Part shown: positions 37,647 through 48,698 of the stretch, piece after piece
Numbering within the stretch: position 1 is the first letter of the stretch
How the letters are laid out: every line of letters starts with the position of its first letter
Virus record (IMG/VR): IMGVR_UViG_3300022845_000001
Reading direction: 5' to 3' (one strand)
From: an uncultured virus (IMG/VR IMGVR_UViG_3300022845_000001)
Lineage: Duplodnaviria > Heunggongvirae > Uroviricota > Caudoviricetes
DNA length: 64,000 nucleotides
The notes under the pieces: model-generated
What the model was told of the DNA's origin: nothing
Database searches by the model: none
The model's input: only the letters and a program-made list of their open reading frames with translations
Program-made: the position numbers and the translations under genes

Positions 37647-40600
37647 ATGGAAGAACAAGATCAATTAATAGTTGACATGTACAAGAAATATGCTGATAAA
37701 GATATTTCTCAATCTGATATTTCTACTGTAAAAGAACTTTATGGTGATGATTTTGACTCAATGATTAATGATATATACACAAAATATAAAGGTGAGTCAT
37801 TAAAGTCGGATGATATTAAAAAAATAAGAGGGTTATATAATTTGTCAGACAATAGCAACCAACCTCAAACGGATATTAAAGAACCGGATGTTATTGCACC
37901 TGAACCAATAAACCCTGAGAGTCAAGTAACAAACCCATTCCTTTCAGGAGAAGTAAGTCAGCAAGCACAACCTAGAGTAGAAGAACAGCCATTATACGAC
38001 TACCAAGGAGAGCAGATTGACCGTAATCAGGCAATGGATGTTATCTCAAATGCAAGTGACGTAGATCAATTAAGTGGGCTAAACGTAACTAATGATCCTG
38101 AAATATTGGATGGAATGAAACGTAGGCTTGCTGAATTCAATGGTGAGACTACAGAGATAGACCCAACAGGTACAATAGATCCGACAAAACCAGAAAAAGG
38201 ATTTTGGGAAAACTGGACGGATGCTATCTATGCTGAGACACCAGCGATGATTGGTAATATTTCAAAAGGAATCTCTGAAATAGTTGAGGTTGGCGCAACA
38301 GCCCCATCAAGGGGATTTGGCAGCTTTGAAAATTACGCAAAACTAAAAAGAAATCAAGCAGAGGGTGAAATCGGATCATTAACCCCTAACGTAGATCGTT
38401 TTTCCTCAGAGATGACCCAAACAGCAAAAAAAATAAGAGAGGAAAGAGAAGTTGATACGGAATCATGGGGATACCTTGTAGGCTCACTGGTACCGCAAAC
38501 AGCAGGAATTGCAACGGCAATCGGGGTTGGTGCAGTTAATCCGGTAGCCGGAGCAGCAATAGGTTACGGAAATGCCGCAGCCCTTGGATCAATGGCTATT
38601 GGTGCGGCATCAAATGAGTATGATGAATACATATCCGAAACTAACAATAAATTTGACCCTAATGCAAAACTAGGAGCAATGATGCTTTCTTTTGCAGCAG
38701 AGACAGGATCAGAGGCTATTCCAGTTGCAAAATTAGTTCCACCAGCACTAAGAGGAAAATTAGCAAAAGTAACATTAGGGAATATAGATAATATTTCCAA
38801 AACTGGTAAACAACTCTTGCAGGAATTTGCTAAATCTTCTACCAACAGGGCTAGAATGGTGAAAGAGTTGCTTGAAAGTATTGGGACAGGAATTGTAACA
38901 GAAGGGCCAACAGAAGGAGTTGCAGAAGTAGGTAATGAATTTGCTACATGGCTTTATAAAGAGAAAAAAGATAGGTCAACATGGGGTGAATTACTAACTA
39001 GGACAGTAACCTCAATAGCAGCAGGCTCTTTAATGGGGGGATTCTTAGGGCCATTGTCTTATGGTGCCAAAAAAGTTTCTAATAATAAAAGAAGAGAAAA
39101 GGCAGGGAAAATTGTCCTTGCACAGAATATTAAGAGTGGCGAAACATTAGAGATTACTGGTAATATTAAAGGGAAAACAAAACCAAACGAAGGAGAACTT
39201 ATTTACCAAGCCATTCGGCCAAATGGAAAACCTATTGAGGTTTCAAAGAGTGAAATAGGTGAAGTTGTGGAAATGCCATTAGATGATTTCAAGGGCATTT
39301 TAAAGGGTAAACTAATAGGAGGCCAAGCGCAGGAAGCAAAGATATCCCAAGACATTATCGAACAATCTGACCCAGCACAGGAAGACCCAATTGCACCATT
39401 TGACCCTGAAAACCCTATCCAAATAGGGGAGACAATTAACATGGGATCCAGTGAATGGGTAGTTACTGGAGTTGATACCGAAGCCGGAACCGTTCAAATA
39501 GAAGGGCAAACAGGTAGTAATAATGGAGTAGTTGAAAGTTTATCATTAGACAATTTTCAGGAATTAAGAAAGCCAAATATTAGTTCTGTAATTTTATCAG
39601 ACGGGACACAAGAACGTGAATTTATTGAAAACCCTGACGGGACACTTGAATCAGTAGAGGAAGGAATGAGTGAAGCAGAGGCAAATGCTATGGCTACTAC
39701 CCTATCTGAAAAATACCCGAACTTAGAGTTTTCGCCAACTGACAATACTAATCAGTCAGATCCTTACGCTGAAACTGATTTCACGGTAAACGCAAAGCCT
39801 AAAGAAGCTGTCAAGAAAGATGTAATCCCTTCATTAGAAGAGGGGTTAAAGAAAAAAGTAGAGGAATCACCACAAGAACCCACAGTAGATGAACCAAGCA
39901 TTGATCAACAGCTTGAAGATGTAACCAATGGAGATGTGGTTTCATTTACTTATAAAAATGAATTAGAAGTTCCAGATGTTTTTAAAGATAAAATATCAAG
40001 CAAAGGAGATGGATATGTAAGAGTTACAATAGCTAAATCATTAGCAGAATATGAACTTAGTAAAACAAAACCAGCCATTAAACCCACAGATGTACAAGAA
40101 CAACCAACAGTCCCAGAACCTACAGGAAAGGAACAGCCTGTTAATGAAGATGGTGGACAAGAACCCAGTGTTGAAGCATCTGGTGAAGATGTTCCGGTAG
40201 TTGAAGAAAAAATAGACGAACCCTTACAGAAGGGATTAGATGAATTAAGGGCAGAAGAACAAGCAGAACTAAAAGCGTTATTCCCTAATATTAAAGGAAA
40301 GATTAACGAAAATACTGTACCTGAAAAAGACAAGGGTAAGTACCAAGAAGTACACGATAGGTATGATAAACTAATTACACCATTAATAAAAGATACCCAA
40401 CAGAAACCGCCAAATGATCCCGTTAAAGAAGGGAAGCCTGCCCCTATCAAGGAAGACACAGACAAAAGACCTAAAGTGGGCTTCACTCTATTTGGTGAGT
40501 TCATGGAAGGTAGACTTAATGAAGATGGTTCTGTAGAATCACCCGAAAGAGGCATGTATTTAGCTGGCATGGTTGATAACATTGTAGAGATCAACGATGA

Positions 40601-43600
40601 AACTAAATCAGAGGTCAAAATCAGGAAACAAAAAGACAAAGTATCAGGGTTATTAAAAGACCTAAAAGATCAGACTTTCAAAGACAATCAAGGAATAGCA
40701 TTTGACTTTAAAAAGAAAGCAGAAGAAGATATTCAGTTTTTTAACACTATTAAAAACCTAGTAACGGAATACACTAAACTAAAAGGAATGCAGTTTAGTG
40801 AGGCAATAAAGAGAATCGAAGAGGTTTTAGGCGGTACTCTGTCAGGTAAAAACAGAGGCTTCATAAAAGATATATGGGATGAATCTAAAAAAGAATCAAA
40901 GCCGTTACCTATCAAGAAGCAGATAAAGGAATCCACTGAGGGAAAGCCATCAAAAGAAAAAAACTTCCTAACAAATGAATATCAAGAGTTTAAAAAAAAT
41001 CTAAGAGAAAGAGCTAAAGTATTAAGGGAAGCTGAAATATCAACAAAAAGAAGGGTAGGGTTAGCTAAAAAGACGGAAAAGGAACGAGTAAAAAGACTTA
41101 AATCAAGCCTAGAAAAGTTCATTAAAATAAACTCAAATGAAATAAATAAACTAGGAGCAAAGCTAAATACCGCTATACTTAGAAAGGTAAATAACATACA
41201 ATCAGAACTAGGACTTGAAAAAGCATTAGAATATATAGAAAAAGTTCTTAATAGTCAGGAATTAAGAAATGAAATAGCTGAAAAAGAATCTTTAATAGGT
41301 AAGATTAAAAAAGAAGCAAACCCTAAAAATCAAGAAACAAGACAATCCGGAATTAAACCATCAAAAAGAAAGCAAACGGCAGATGGTATATCTGTTTTAA
41401 AAAAAATATATTTAGCATTAAAATTAGATAGGATTACAGGCGAAGGAAGAATACAAGTTCTTCAGAAAGAATTACAAAATACGGATCTAGATTCTCAAGA
41501 AAGGTTTGACAAAGAGGCTGAAATATATGCGTTAAACTTCTCAGGATTAGAAGAAATGAGTAATCAGCAGATTAAAGCTTTGCTTGACGAACTAAAAGAG
41601 ATTAAGAAATCTGATAAAATTGACGCTCTTGAGGTGGTTAAAAAATGGAGAGATAAGATAGAAAATAACGTTGTAGAAGCGTCAAATGTTATTGATCCTG
41701 ATAATAAAGTAAGTGACAAGGTTATAAAACCAAGCGAGTATAGGAAAAAAAGTGGAATAAGGTCAGCTTTTCTAGGGCAAGATAACTGGATCTGGTTAAT
41801 GGATAAATTATCAAAGTTTGATAAATCATCAAACCCGTTAAGCAGTTTCTTAAATAAGAAGTTTGATAGAGAACTTGTAGCAAAACCGAATAGAGAAGAA
41901 CAAAAAAGTAGGAAAGAGACAATAAAAGGAATACAAGATAAATTCTCAGAAATATTTGGCATTAAAAAGGCAAAGGGCAGAGAGAAAATTTTAACTGAAA
42001 ACAGTATCCCTCAACCATTCACGTATACAGATATCAATGGTAATAAAATTGAGACTGAAATGAGTATGAACGCTATCTATAAGAGATGGATGGAAATGCA
42101 GGATGAAACTCTATTCCCAACCTTCACAAAGATGGGTATAGGAACGGATTATTTAAATAAAATTGAAGCAGCTATGACTCCTGAAATAAAACAATGGGCA
42201 GAGTGGCAGTTAAATGAGTTTTATCCAAAGTATGTAAAAGGGATAAACAAAGTATATAGAGAGGTATTTGGTATTGATATGCCAATGAATGAGAAATATT
42301 CACCAATAAGAAGAATAACAAATAGGGTACAGGATGATTCAGATATTACATTTGGTGGGTCAGTAGTATTAAACTCAGCAAACAATGGGTCTTTAAACCA
42401 AAGAGTAGGGAGTGTTCTCCCTTTACAAGAATTAGATGGAGACAAAGCACTTATTAACTACGTCTACCAGATGGAGTTTTTTAAAGCCCAATCCCTACCA
42501 TTAAAAGAGCTATCACAGTCCCTTTTAGATCAACGGGTTTTAAAGAAAATAGAGGTATTGCATGGCCCTGAATATATAAAAGCTATAAAGAATCATATAA
42601 ACTCATTTTATAGAAAGCAAGACAATCAAAGCATTATTGAAGAATGGATGGCTGATTTTAGGAAAACATTTACAGTTAGTACGTTAGCTGTAAACCCAGT
42701 TTCTTTGATTAAGCAATTTACATCAATACCAGCCTATGCTAATTGGATACCAACAACAGAGTGGGTTAAAAGGTCAGCTAAATTCTGGTCAAACCCATAC
42801 AAAAAATCATTGTTTTTATACGATAACAGTGAGTGGGTACAGTTAAGGTTAGATTCAGGAGGATTTGATAGAGATGCAGCAGCAGCTATGTCTAAAGATT
42901 GGAAACAATCGTTGTCTGGTAAATCTAAACTCAGTAATGACTTAATGTTTATGACCAAATGGGGTGATTCAGGTGCTATATTTATTGGTGGGTATGCTAT
43001 TTATGATTACCATTATAATCAAGCTATTAAAGAAAATATGTCGCCAGTAAAAGCGAAAGATTTTGCTATAAGCAAGTTTGAAGAAGCATCGGAATACACT
43101 CAGCAAGCAACCGATACTCAAAACTTGAATCTATATCAAAAAGGATCAGAATTTTATAAGGTAGCTACTATGTATAAAACATCGCCTATAGCCTATCATG
43201 CTTTAGCTATGGGAGCAATAAGAAACTTATCAAAAGGTAGAGGGACTGCTAGAAGTCAAATTAAACAGTTTGCTATATTTCACGTAGGATTACCAGTTCT
43301 ATTTCAATGGGCTAGTACAGGATTTAGAATACCAGATTCTGAAGATGATGAAGATTTTTGGTTTGATATAGGTAGAGCAGCGATTTTTGGAAATATTAAT
43401 GCTGTATTTATGGCTGGTGACTTTGCAGAATACTCATGGAAAAAACTAGTAGAGGGCAAACCTTTTGATTATGTGACAAACACAGTAATAGACTCTTTGT
43501 TTAACGACTTATATAAAACAGGGGAAGAAGTATTTGATGTAATAGAAGACTTTTCATTAGAAGAGATTATGGAAGCATTAGACCAAATACTTAGAACATC

Positions 43601-43895
43601 TTCTCGATTTGTCCCTGCATTATCATGGTATAACCAAACATCAAGAATAACCAAAGGTGCAATAGAGACGGCTAAAGGAGAAACGGAATTCCCTGTACAG
43701 AGAGCATTAGGATGGAGCGATTGGGCATTAGGTGAAAACCCTTACTCAAATAGGCAAAAAAACAAGCTTCTTGAGTATACGATAGGTAAGGATTATAAGA
43801 AAAAGAAAAAGAAAAGTGTTGATGGGAGCAATGAGATTTACGATATAAATTTCAACGATGTAAATTCATTTAACAAAGGAACCAAAAAAGAATGA
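37647..43895 (+). CDS. large internal virion/ejection protein (2082 aa)
   Basis: Gly/Ala TM-like segment, acidic Pro-rich linker, coiled coil, helical C-terminal half. Confidence 0.7.
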   Translation: MEEQDQLIVDMYKKYADKDISQSDISTVKELYGDDFDSMINDIYTKYKGESLKSDDIKKIRGLYNLSDNSNQPQTDIKEPDVIAPEPINPESQVTNPFLSGEVSQQAQPRVEEQPLYDYQGEQIDRNQAMDVISNASDVDQLSGLNVTNDPEILDGMKRRLAEFNGETTEIDPTGTIDPTKPEKGFWENWTDAIYAETPAMIGNISKGISEIVEVGATAPSRGFGSFENYAKLKRNQAEGEIGSLTPNVDRFSSEMTQTAKKIREEREVDTESWGYLVGSLVPQTAGIATAIGVGAVNPVAGAAIGYGNAAALGSMAIGAASNEYDEYISETNNKFDPNAKLGAMMLSFAAETGSEAIPVAKLVPPALRGKLAKVTLGNIDNISKTGKQLLQEFAKSSTNRARMVKELLESIGTGIVTEGPTEGVAEVGNEFATWLYKEKKDRSTWGELLTRTVTSIAAGSLMGGFLGPLSYGAKKVSNNKRREKAGKIVLAQNIKSGETLEITGNIKGKTKPNEGELIYQAIRPNGKPIEVSKSEIGEVVEMPLDDFKGILKGKLIGGQAQEAKISQDIIEQSDPAQEDPIAPFDPENPIQIGETINMGSSEWVVTGVDTEAGTVQIEGQTGSNNGVVESLSLDNFQELRKPNISSVILSDGTQEREFIENPDGTLESVEEGMSEAEANAMATTLSEKYPNLEFSPTDNTNQSDPYAETDFTVNAKPKEAVKKDVIPSLEEGLKKKVEESPQEPTVDEPSIDQQLEDVTNGDVVSFTYKNELEVPDVFKDKISSKGDGYVRVTIAKSLAEYELSKTKPAIKPTDVQEQPTVPEPTGKEQPVNEDGGQEPSVEASGEDVPVVEEKIDEPLQKGLDELRAEEQAELKALFPNIKGKINENTVPEKDKGKYQEVHDRYDKLITPLIKDTQQKPPNDPVKEGKPAPIKEDTDKRPKVGFTLFGEFMEGRLNEDGSVESPERGMYLAGMVDNIVEINDETKSEVKIRKQKDKVSGLLKDLKDQTFKDNQGIAFDFKKKAEEDIQFFNTIKNLVTEYTKLKGMQFSEAIKRIEEVLGGTLSGKNRGFIKDIWDESKKESKPLPIKKQIKESTEGKPSKEKNFLTNEYQEFKKNLRERAKVLREAEISTKRRVGLAKKTEKERVKRLKSSLEKFIKINSNEINKLGAKLNTAILRKVNNIQSELGLEKALEYIEKVLNSQELRNEIAEKESLIGKIKKEANPKNQETRQSGIKPSKRKQTADGISVLKKIYLALKLDRITGEGRIQVLQKELQNTDLDSQERFDKEAEIYALNFSGLEEMSNQQIKALLDELKEIKKSDKIDALEVVKKWRDKIENNVVEASNVIDPDNKVSDKVIKPSEYRKKSGIRSAFLGQDNWIWLMDKLSKFDKSSNPLSSFLNKKFDRELVAKPNREEQKSRKETIKGIQDKFSEIFGIKKAKGREKILTENSIPQPFTYTDINGNKIETEMSMNAIYKRWMEMQDETLFPTFTKMGIGTDYLNKIEAAMTPEIKQWAEWQLNEFYPKYVKGINKVYREVFGIDMPMNEKYSPIRRITNRVQDDSDITFGGSVVLNSANNGSLNQRVGSVLPLQELDGDKALINYVYQMEFFKAQSLPLKELSQSLLDQRVLKKIEVLHGPEYIKAIKNHINSFYRKQDNQSIIEEWMADFRKTFTVSTLAVNPVSLIKQFTSIPAYANWIPTTEWVKRSAKFWSNPYKKSLFLYDNSEWVQLRLDSGGFDRDAAAAMSKDWKQSLSGKSKLSNDLMFMTKWGDSGAIFIGGYAIYDYHYNQAIKENMSPVKAKDFAISKFEEASEYTQQATDTQNLNLYQKGSEFYKVATMYKTSPIAYHALAMGAIRNLSKGRGTARSQIKQFAIFHVGLPVLFQWASTGFRIPDSEDDEDFWFDIGRAAIFGNINAVFMAGDFAEYSWKKLVEGKPFDYVTNTVIDSLFNDLYKTGEEVFDVIEDFSLEEIMEALDQILRTSSRFVPALSWYNQTSRITKGAIETAKGETEFPVQRALGWSDWALGENPYSNRQKNKLLEYTIGKDYKKKKKKSVDGSNEIYDINFNDVNSFNKGTKKE

Positions 43896-44323
43896 GAGAG
43901 ATAGATTACAGAGAGGTAGATTACATAGTAATCCACTGTACAGGTGCAAGTCAAAAACAGTCTGTAGAATCAATTTTAAGATACTGGAGGGAAGTAAAAG
44001 AATGGATAGAGTATGGGTACCATAGAATAATAAAACCAAATGGAGAAATAAAAAAGTTGGCGTCATTCGATAGAATTACTAATGGGGTGAGAGGTTATAA
44101 TCATAATTCAATACATATCTGTTACATTGGAGGGCAAAATGTAGATGATAGAACTGAGCAACAGAAGGCTTCTATTTTAATATGTATTAAGGAGGCTTTG
44201 GAATATGTTAAATGTACTAAAAACACTAAAGTTATCATACAGGGACACAGAGACTTTGATGGTGTTAGAAAAGAGTGTCCACAATTTTCAGCAAAGGAGG
44301 AATACTCATGGATAACCGCTTAA
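43892..44323 (+). CDS. N-acetylmuramoyl-L-alanine amidase endolysin (T7 lysozyme-like)
   Basis: IVIHCT, GYH, NSIHICYIGG, GHRDF, KECPQF. Confidence 0.93.
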   Translation: MREIDYREVDYIVIHCTGASQKQSVESILRYWREVKEWIEYGYHRIIKPNGEIKKLASFDRITNGVRGYNHNSIHICYIGGQNVDDRTEQQKASILICIKEALEYVKCTKNTKVIIQGHRDFDGVRKECPQFSAKEEYSWITA

Positions 44324-44886
44324 TATTTGGGATAATAGGAATAGCCGTAGGAATATTTATAATGAAAATGTTCTTTTGGCCAGAAATAACTGTAATAGAA
44401 AAGGAGACAATTGTAATTGATTCTACCTATGTAGAGTATAAAGAACGATATGAGTCACTTGAAAAGAACAGAATTAGCTTATCGGACTCCATTGAGTTCT
44501 ACAAGGATCTATACGACATCCCGGCAAATGTAATAATACGGCATGATACAGTATTTAAATACAAGCCATTTGAGGCACCACTAAGACGTTTTAAAGGTTC
44601 TCAGCCGTTCTTGTATGGAAACACTACCTATAACGCTGTAGTAGCAGGGGAATTAATTAATATAGCTATAGAAAATGATTTCAAGATACCTCACATTACT
44701 AATACAATCACAAAAGAGACTACAAAAATAATCCACCCAAGAGGTTTATACTTAGGTGGATCACTTTCAGATAATATTGACTTCTCAGCAGGGGCTTCTT
44801 ATCTTGACAATAAATGGTTATTTGATTACAACTATAACGTCATGATGAAGGCTCATTTAATTGGTGTTAAAAGGAAGGTTTTTTAA
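44308..44886 (+). CDS. membrane-anchored protein, possible spanin-like lysis accessory
   Basis: N-terminal TM, short coiled coil, beta-rich C-terminus; follows endolysin. Confidence 0.5.
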   Translation: MDNRLIFGIIGIAVGIFIMKMFFWPEITVIEKETIVIDSTYVEYKERYESLEKNRISLSDSIEFYKDLYDIPANVIIRHDTVFKYKPFEAPLRRFKGSQPFLYGNTTYNAVVAGELINIAIENDFKIPHITNTITKETTKIIHPRGLYLGGSLSDNIDFSAGASYLDNKWLFDYNYNVMMKAHLIGVKRKVF

Positions 44887-45502
44887 TAGATAAAAGTATT
44901 TTACCATTTTCCTTATGAAAAATATTTAACCCATCCTTTTTAATTGAATGCTCATGATGAAGTCTTTTTAATACACGTTCAAGTAAATGTTTATTACGTG
45001 TTATAGGTAATTCATAACCATGATCCTCAATAATTACTTCATACCCTTTAAACAACAATTGTATAGCATTATCAGTACAGCGAGTAGTGTTTCCATCTCT
45101 TCTTGTTTGGGTCAAATAACATCCAATCCCATCAAGACAGTTTTTAGTTTCGTAAAAAAAGTATCCCTTATGTATATTTCCTAATATGGTGTAATTTTCT
45201 GATTCAAAACGAGAATTTAAGTAAAAAGAGGGGGCTGGGAGTCCTTCTCCTGTTACTCGTTCTGCGACAATTGTAGCACCATCCCATTTCAATAAATATA
45301 TTACAGATCTAGTAACCTCATGTACTCTGTAAGGATACCAAAGAGAAAACTCTACTCTGTCTTCATCAACAAGTAAATCATTATAAAGTAAATCATCATC
45401 ATAATTTGTTACTTCTAATGAGATATAATCACCTACTCTCATTAGATCACCTTTCTTATCCCTAAGTGATGTTACAAACATTTTGTTTGTTCTATTTTTC
45501 AT
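44867..45502 (-). CDS. hypothetical protein with YopX-like N-terminal region
   Basis: LRDKKG...VGDYI and YTILGNIH motifs. Confidence 0.5.
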   Translation of the reverse strand: MKNRTNKMFVTSLRDKKGDLMRVGDYISLEVTNYDDDLLYNDLLVDEDRVEFSLWYPYRVHEVTRSVIYLLKWDGATIVAERVTGEGLPAPSFYLNSRFESENYTILGNIHKGYFFYETKNCLDGIGCYLTQTRRDGNTTRCTDNAIQLLFKGYEVIIEDHGYELPITRNKHLLERVLKRLHHEHSIKKDGLNIFHKENGKILLSIKKPSF

Positions 45503-45512
45503 GTTTTTTTAT

Positions 45513-45791
45513 TTAAATTGACTTATTTATCCAATCCATATCGCTCATATAGTATATGGTTACTCCTTCATGATTAACAGCATTAAAGCCTTGACATATC
45601 TTATTCTTGTCTATAAAAAAGTCATCTTCTTGCGTATAATCAATATTAACCAATTCAGAATCTATTTTCATACATAACGTATTACTGCATATTATTGTAA
45701 TACTATCTTCTCCTTTAAATGCCTCTGCAATTCTTTTAATATTTTCCATATTTAAATATTTAAGCTTTTCTTTTCCTGAAAGTGAACACAT
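45513..45791 (-). CDS. hypothetical protein
   Basis: Co-oriented ORF. Confidence 0.6.
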   Translation of the reverse strand: MCSLSGKEKLKYLNMENIKRIAEAFKGEDSITIICSNTLCMKIDSELVNIDYTQEDDFFIDKNKICQGFNAVNHEGVTIYYMSDMDWINKSI

Positions 45792-46119
45792 AATTAAAGA
45801 AAGATCCCTTTGGCTTAATCTTACTCCTAAGTGTCCAATCTTTAATCTTCAATACATAGCCAAACCAAGCTATAAAAAGGTTCTCTATATTAAACCGTAT
45901 CATTAGTGTACCAAATCTATAAGTAGTTGTAGGTGCTATTTTTGGGCCTTTAATAAGCCTATATCCAAACCAATACTTTTTCCACTCTTTAATTTCTTCA
46001 AAGGCATCTAATACACCCATCTCCTTTAATTTGTCCTCAGCCCTTCCTTTCTTTATCAGAATATTTTTATATTCTTTTTTGGCTTCTTTGTTTACTGATC
46101 TTCTTTGTTTTCTATTCAT
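45760..46119 (-). CDS. hypothetical basic protein
   Basis: MNRKQRR start typical of phage ORFs. Confidence 0.65.
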   Translation of the reverse strand: MNRKQRRSVNKEAKKEYKNILIKKGRAEDKLKEMGVLDAFEEIKEWKKYWFGYRLIKGPKIAPTTTYRFGTLMIRFNIENLFIAWFGYVLKIKDWTLRSKIKPKGSFFNYVFTFRKRKA

Positions 46120-46120
46120 A

Positions 46121-46765
46121 TTAATTCTTCATTCCAGCTATTGCTTCAGGTGTAAATCTCATTTTCTTTTCAGCTACATTTTGGAGGTCAGAATCACCAT
46201 TGTAGAATCTATTTTTAGTCTCTTTAAGTGCCTCTGATACCTTCATATATTCTTCCATTGTAATTTTTTTTGCATTTGTCGCTGCTACAAGGTCTTTATC
46301 ATTCTTAACGTTGCTTATTCCAGTAAGTAATATAGTAGAATATTCTAAGAATAGACTTTCAAATACACATATATTAGCCCAATCCAAATCCCCTTGATAC
46401 ATTAAGAACTCTAAAATCATCTTAACCACTTTATCGAAAGTTTTTTTAAGTGGATTTTCAGAATCTTCACCTGGTTCTACAGTCATAAGTGTAAGGCATT
46501 CAGCCATCCCACCTTCAAGTCCTGATTCTTTTACTGCTTCTTCCCTACGTTTTTTTAAATCAGAAGTATATTTCTTAACTAAGGGACTATCTTTCTGGTA
46601 CATGAATAGAATATACAGTAGTATTTCATTGAAGTCCTTATTTGGAGGGAATTCTTTGAATGACTTAATGTTCTCAATTCTCTTATCACATAGCCTGAAA
46701 TCTTTAAAGTCACATTCTATATTGAAAATCCACTTATGATCTTTTAAGTATGTCGCTAATTCCAT
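46121..46765 (-). CDS. hypothetical helical protein
   Basis: 214-aa ORF. Confidence 0.7.
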   Translation of the reverse strand: MELATYLKDHKWIFNIECDFKDFRLCDKRIENIKSFKEFPPNKDFNEILLYILFMYQKDSPLVKKYTSDLKKRREEAVKESGLEGGMAECLTLMTVEPGEDSENPLKKTFDKVVKMILEFLMYQGDLDWANICVFESLFLEYSTILLTGISNVKNDKDLVAATNAKKITMEEYMKVSEALKETKNRFYNGDSDLQNVAEKKMRFTPEAIAGMKN

Positions 46766-46770
46766 TTTTT

Positions 46771-47139
46771 TTAAAATAAGGGGTAACTATTATTCGGGTC
46801 ACGTTCTTTAATAAAATTCTCGCACCAAGGGACTATTACCCCATTATAAAATTCTGATATACGCCCAAGATCTTCTCCAAAAATCTCTGTTTCAGTAAAG
46901 TACAACCTACCTTCCCATACACCTCTCCATGTATATGACCCATCTAATGTCTTTACACATTTATTTTCATCAAAGTTTTCAATTACTTCGTGTGTTACTT
47001 TAGTTAAATAACCAATTCCATGATCACCTGATGGGACTTTTATATATTCCTCTATAGGGAAAACTTTAAACTCTAACCATGTCTTAGAGGTGTCTATATG
47101 AGCAATATAATCAGCGTTTCTTATTTCTATTAATTCCAT
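46771..47139 (-). CDS. hypothetical protein
   Basis: 122-aa ORF. Confidence 0.7.
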   Translation of the reverse strand: MELIEIRNADYIAHIDTSKTWLEFKVFPIEEYIKVPSGDHGIGYLTKVTHEVIENFDENKCVKTLDGSYTWRGVWEGRLYFTETEIFGEDLGRISEFYNGVIVPWCENFIKERDPNNSYPLF

Positions 47140-47408
47140 TTGTCTTTATTTGTAAAGTGCCAATCTGCTTCGCACAATGAGTCAAAGCATTTATTTATAT
47201 TCTTTTCTATCCAATCCATAGGAACCTGTTCTATTTTTGGCAACTGCCATAGTTTATTAAGAGGGTAAGCGTCTTCAAGATACATCATCCTTAACTTTTT
47301 CTCAACGCTATTATCAGAATTAAACCTAGCACCTCTTTTCATTTCAGGAGGATAAGGAGTAATGTAATTTACTCGCTTATCCTGTATGTATTTACGTATG
47401 CTTACCAC
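47130..47408 (-). CDS. hypothetical protein
   Basis: Overlapping co-oriented ORF. Confidence 0.6.
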   Translation of the reverse strand: MVSIRKYIQDKRVNYITPYPPEMKRGARFNSDNSVEKKLRMMYLEDAYPLNKLWQLPKIEQVPMDWIEKNINKCFDSLCEADWHFTNKDKWN

Positions 47409-47753
47409 TTAATACCTACCTATAGAATATAGTATTTCTTTTAAGGCCCAGTATTCAGGGTTAAAGAGTCCGTTAATTATGTTACTTATATTAGTGAGTG
47501 ACATAAGTAATAATACAAACCAAACAACAAACACTACAATCATTTGTAGTGTTATTTCTGCATATTGATCATCTTTTAACATTTTTTTATAAATATTAAA
47601 AATAATTATCCCCCCGATTATTGTCATTATAAGAAATATTAAATCTTCTATTGCGCTAATCGAAGCTTGTCTAAGTAATAAACTCCATAAATACTCTGTT
47701 GTTGTCCCTAATTTTTGGGATAATTGATCCAGTAATGATGTTAAGTTTTCCAT
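47409..47753 (-). CDS. two-TM membrane protein
   Basis: KLGTTTEYLW...NPEYWAL pattern with two hydrophobic helices. Confidence 0.7.
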   Translation of the reverse strand: MENLTSLLDQLSQKLGTTTEYLWSLLLRQASISAIEDLIFLIMTIIGGIIIFNIYKKMLKDDQYAEITLQMIVVFVVWFVLLLMSLTNISNIINGLFNPEYWALKEILYSIGRY

Positions 47754-47770
47754 TTTATTATTTTTTAATT

Positions 47771-48352
47771 CTAATCTAAATATTTACCAATTATATCCCT
47801 TGGTGGTATAGGGAACATGTCTCTACCTTCTATCTTATAAAATTGGTCACTACTTTGCCTCATAATTACCACATCTCCGGCTTCAATCCCTAATGTGTTA
47901 TTGTCACAATATAGAACCCTTGTTAACTTCTTACTATGCTTAATATCTATTTTCTCAACAAGACCTGATTTACTCAATATGACATTCATTTCTTTACCTG
48001 CCACCTCTATTTTTTCTGCATTTTCAGGATAGGCAGGGACAGTTAATATAAACTCTCCATAAGTGTGTATTTTACCATCACGAACATAGCAGAAGACTTT
48101 ATCAGCACTTACAAATAGAGTCTCACCTACCATGTTATCTTCATCTGCCTCTAAGTAGTGAAAATATATAACATCACCTTTCTCTAATTTTTCATGATTA
48201 TCAGAAATAGGGTTCTCTATCACTTCTCCTTTCAATATAAGCTTCCACTCAGGCTTGAATTCTTTGGAGTCATGTAATTGTAGCGTACCATGTATGAGTT
48301 TATCATCCTGTAACTTCGGGTACTTAATCTTGAACTTGTGAATTGATTTCAT
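47771..48352 (-). CDS. tandem GroES-like co-chaperonin
   Basis: Two units LEKGDVIYFH and IEAGDVVIM...YKIEGRDM. Confidence 0.6.
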   Translation of the reverse strand: MKSIHKFKIKYPKLQDDKLIHGTLQLHDSKEFKPEWKLILKGEVIENPISDNHEKLEKGDVIYFHYLEADEDNMVGETLFVSADKVFCYVRDGKIHTYGEFILTVPAYPENAEKIEVAGKEMNVILSKSGLVEKIDIKHSKKLTRVLYCDNNTLGIEAGDVVIMRQSSDQFYKIEGRDMFPIPPRDIIGKYLD

Positions 48353-48698
48353 TTATTTTTCTTTTAATTTGTTCGTCAATATCGGAATTTTTAACCATTT
48401 CCATGAACTCTTGCACCCATAACTTACCTTCTAATATTGAAAATAGGAATTCGTAAGGGAATTGCTCCGGTGTTTTTATTTGGTTAATAGTTAATTTAAC
48501 TGATTCAAGCAATTTTTCTTTAGTCATGTCAATTGATTCTGTTTCATCTGCTCTAATTGGGAAAGGCTCATTTTTAAAGACAATTAGAACATTTCCATGA
48601 TCTGCTATTACGTTTACTATGTCGCCTTTATAGCATAACGTTAATACCTGTTTCTTTTTGTCTTTCGAATCGCACTGAATGTTAGATTTAACCAGCAT
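48324..48698 (-). CDS. hypothetical protein
   Basis: 124-aa ORF. Confidence 0.6.
   Translation of the reverse strand: MLVKSNIQCDSKDKKKQVLTLCYKGDIVNVIADHGNVLIVFKNEPFPIRADETESIDMTKEKLLESVKLTINQIKTPEQFPYEFLFSILEGKLWVQEFMEMVKNSDIDEQIKRKINEINSQVQD

Noticed and set aside
39950..40639. 229-aa minus-strand ORF and other antisense ORFs in the track
   Set aside because: Shadows of long genes on the opposite strand with Ser/Leu/Phe-rich composition
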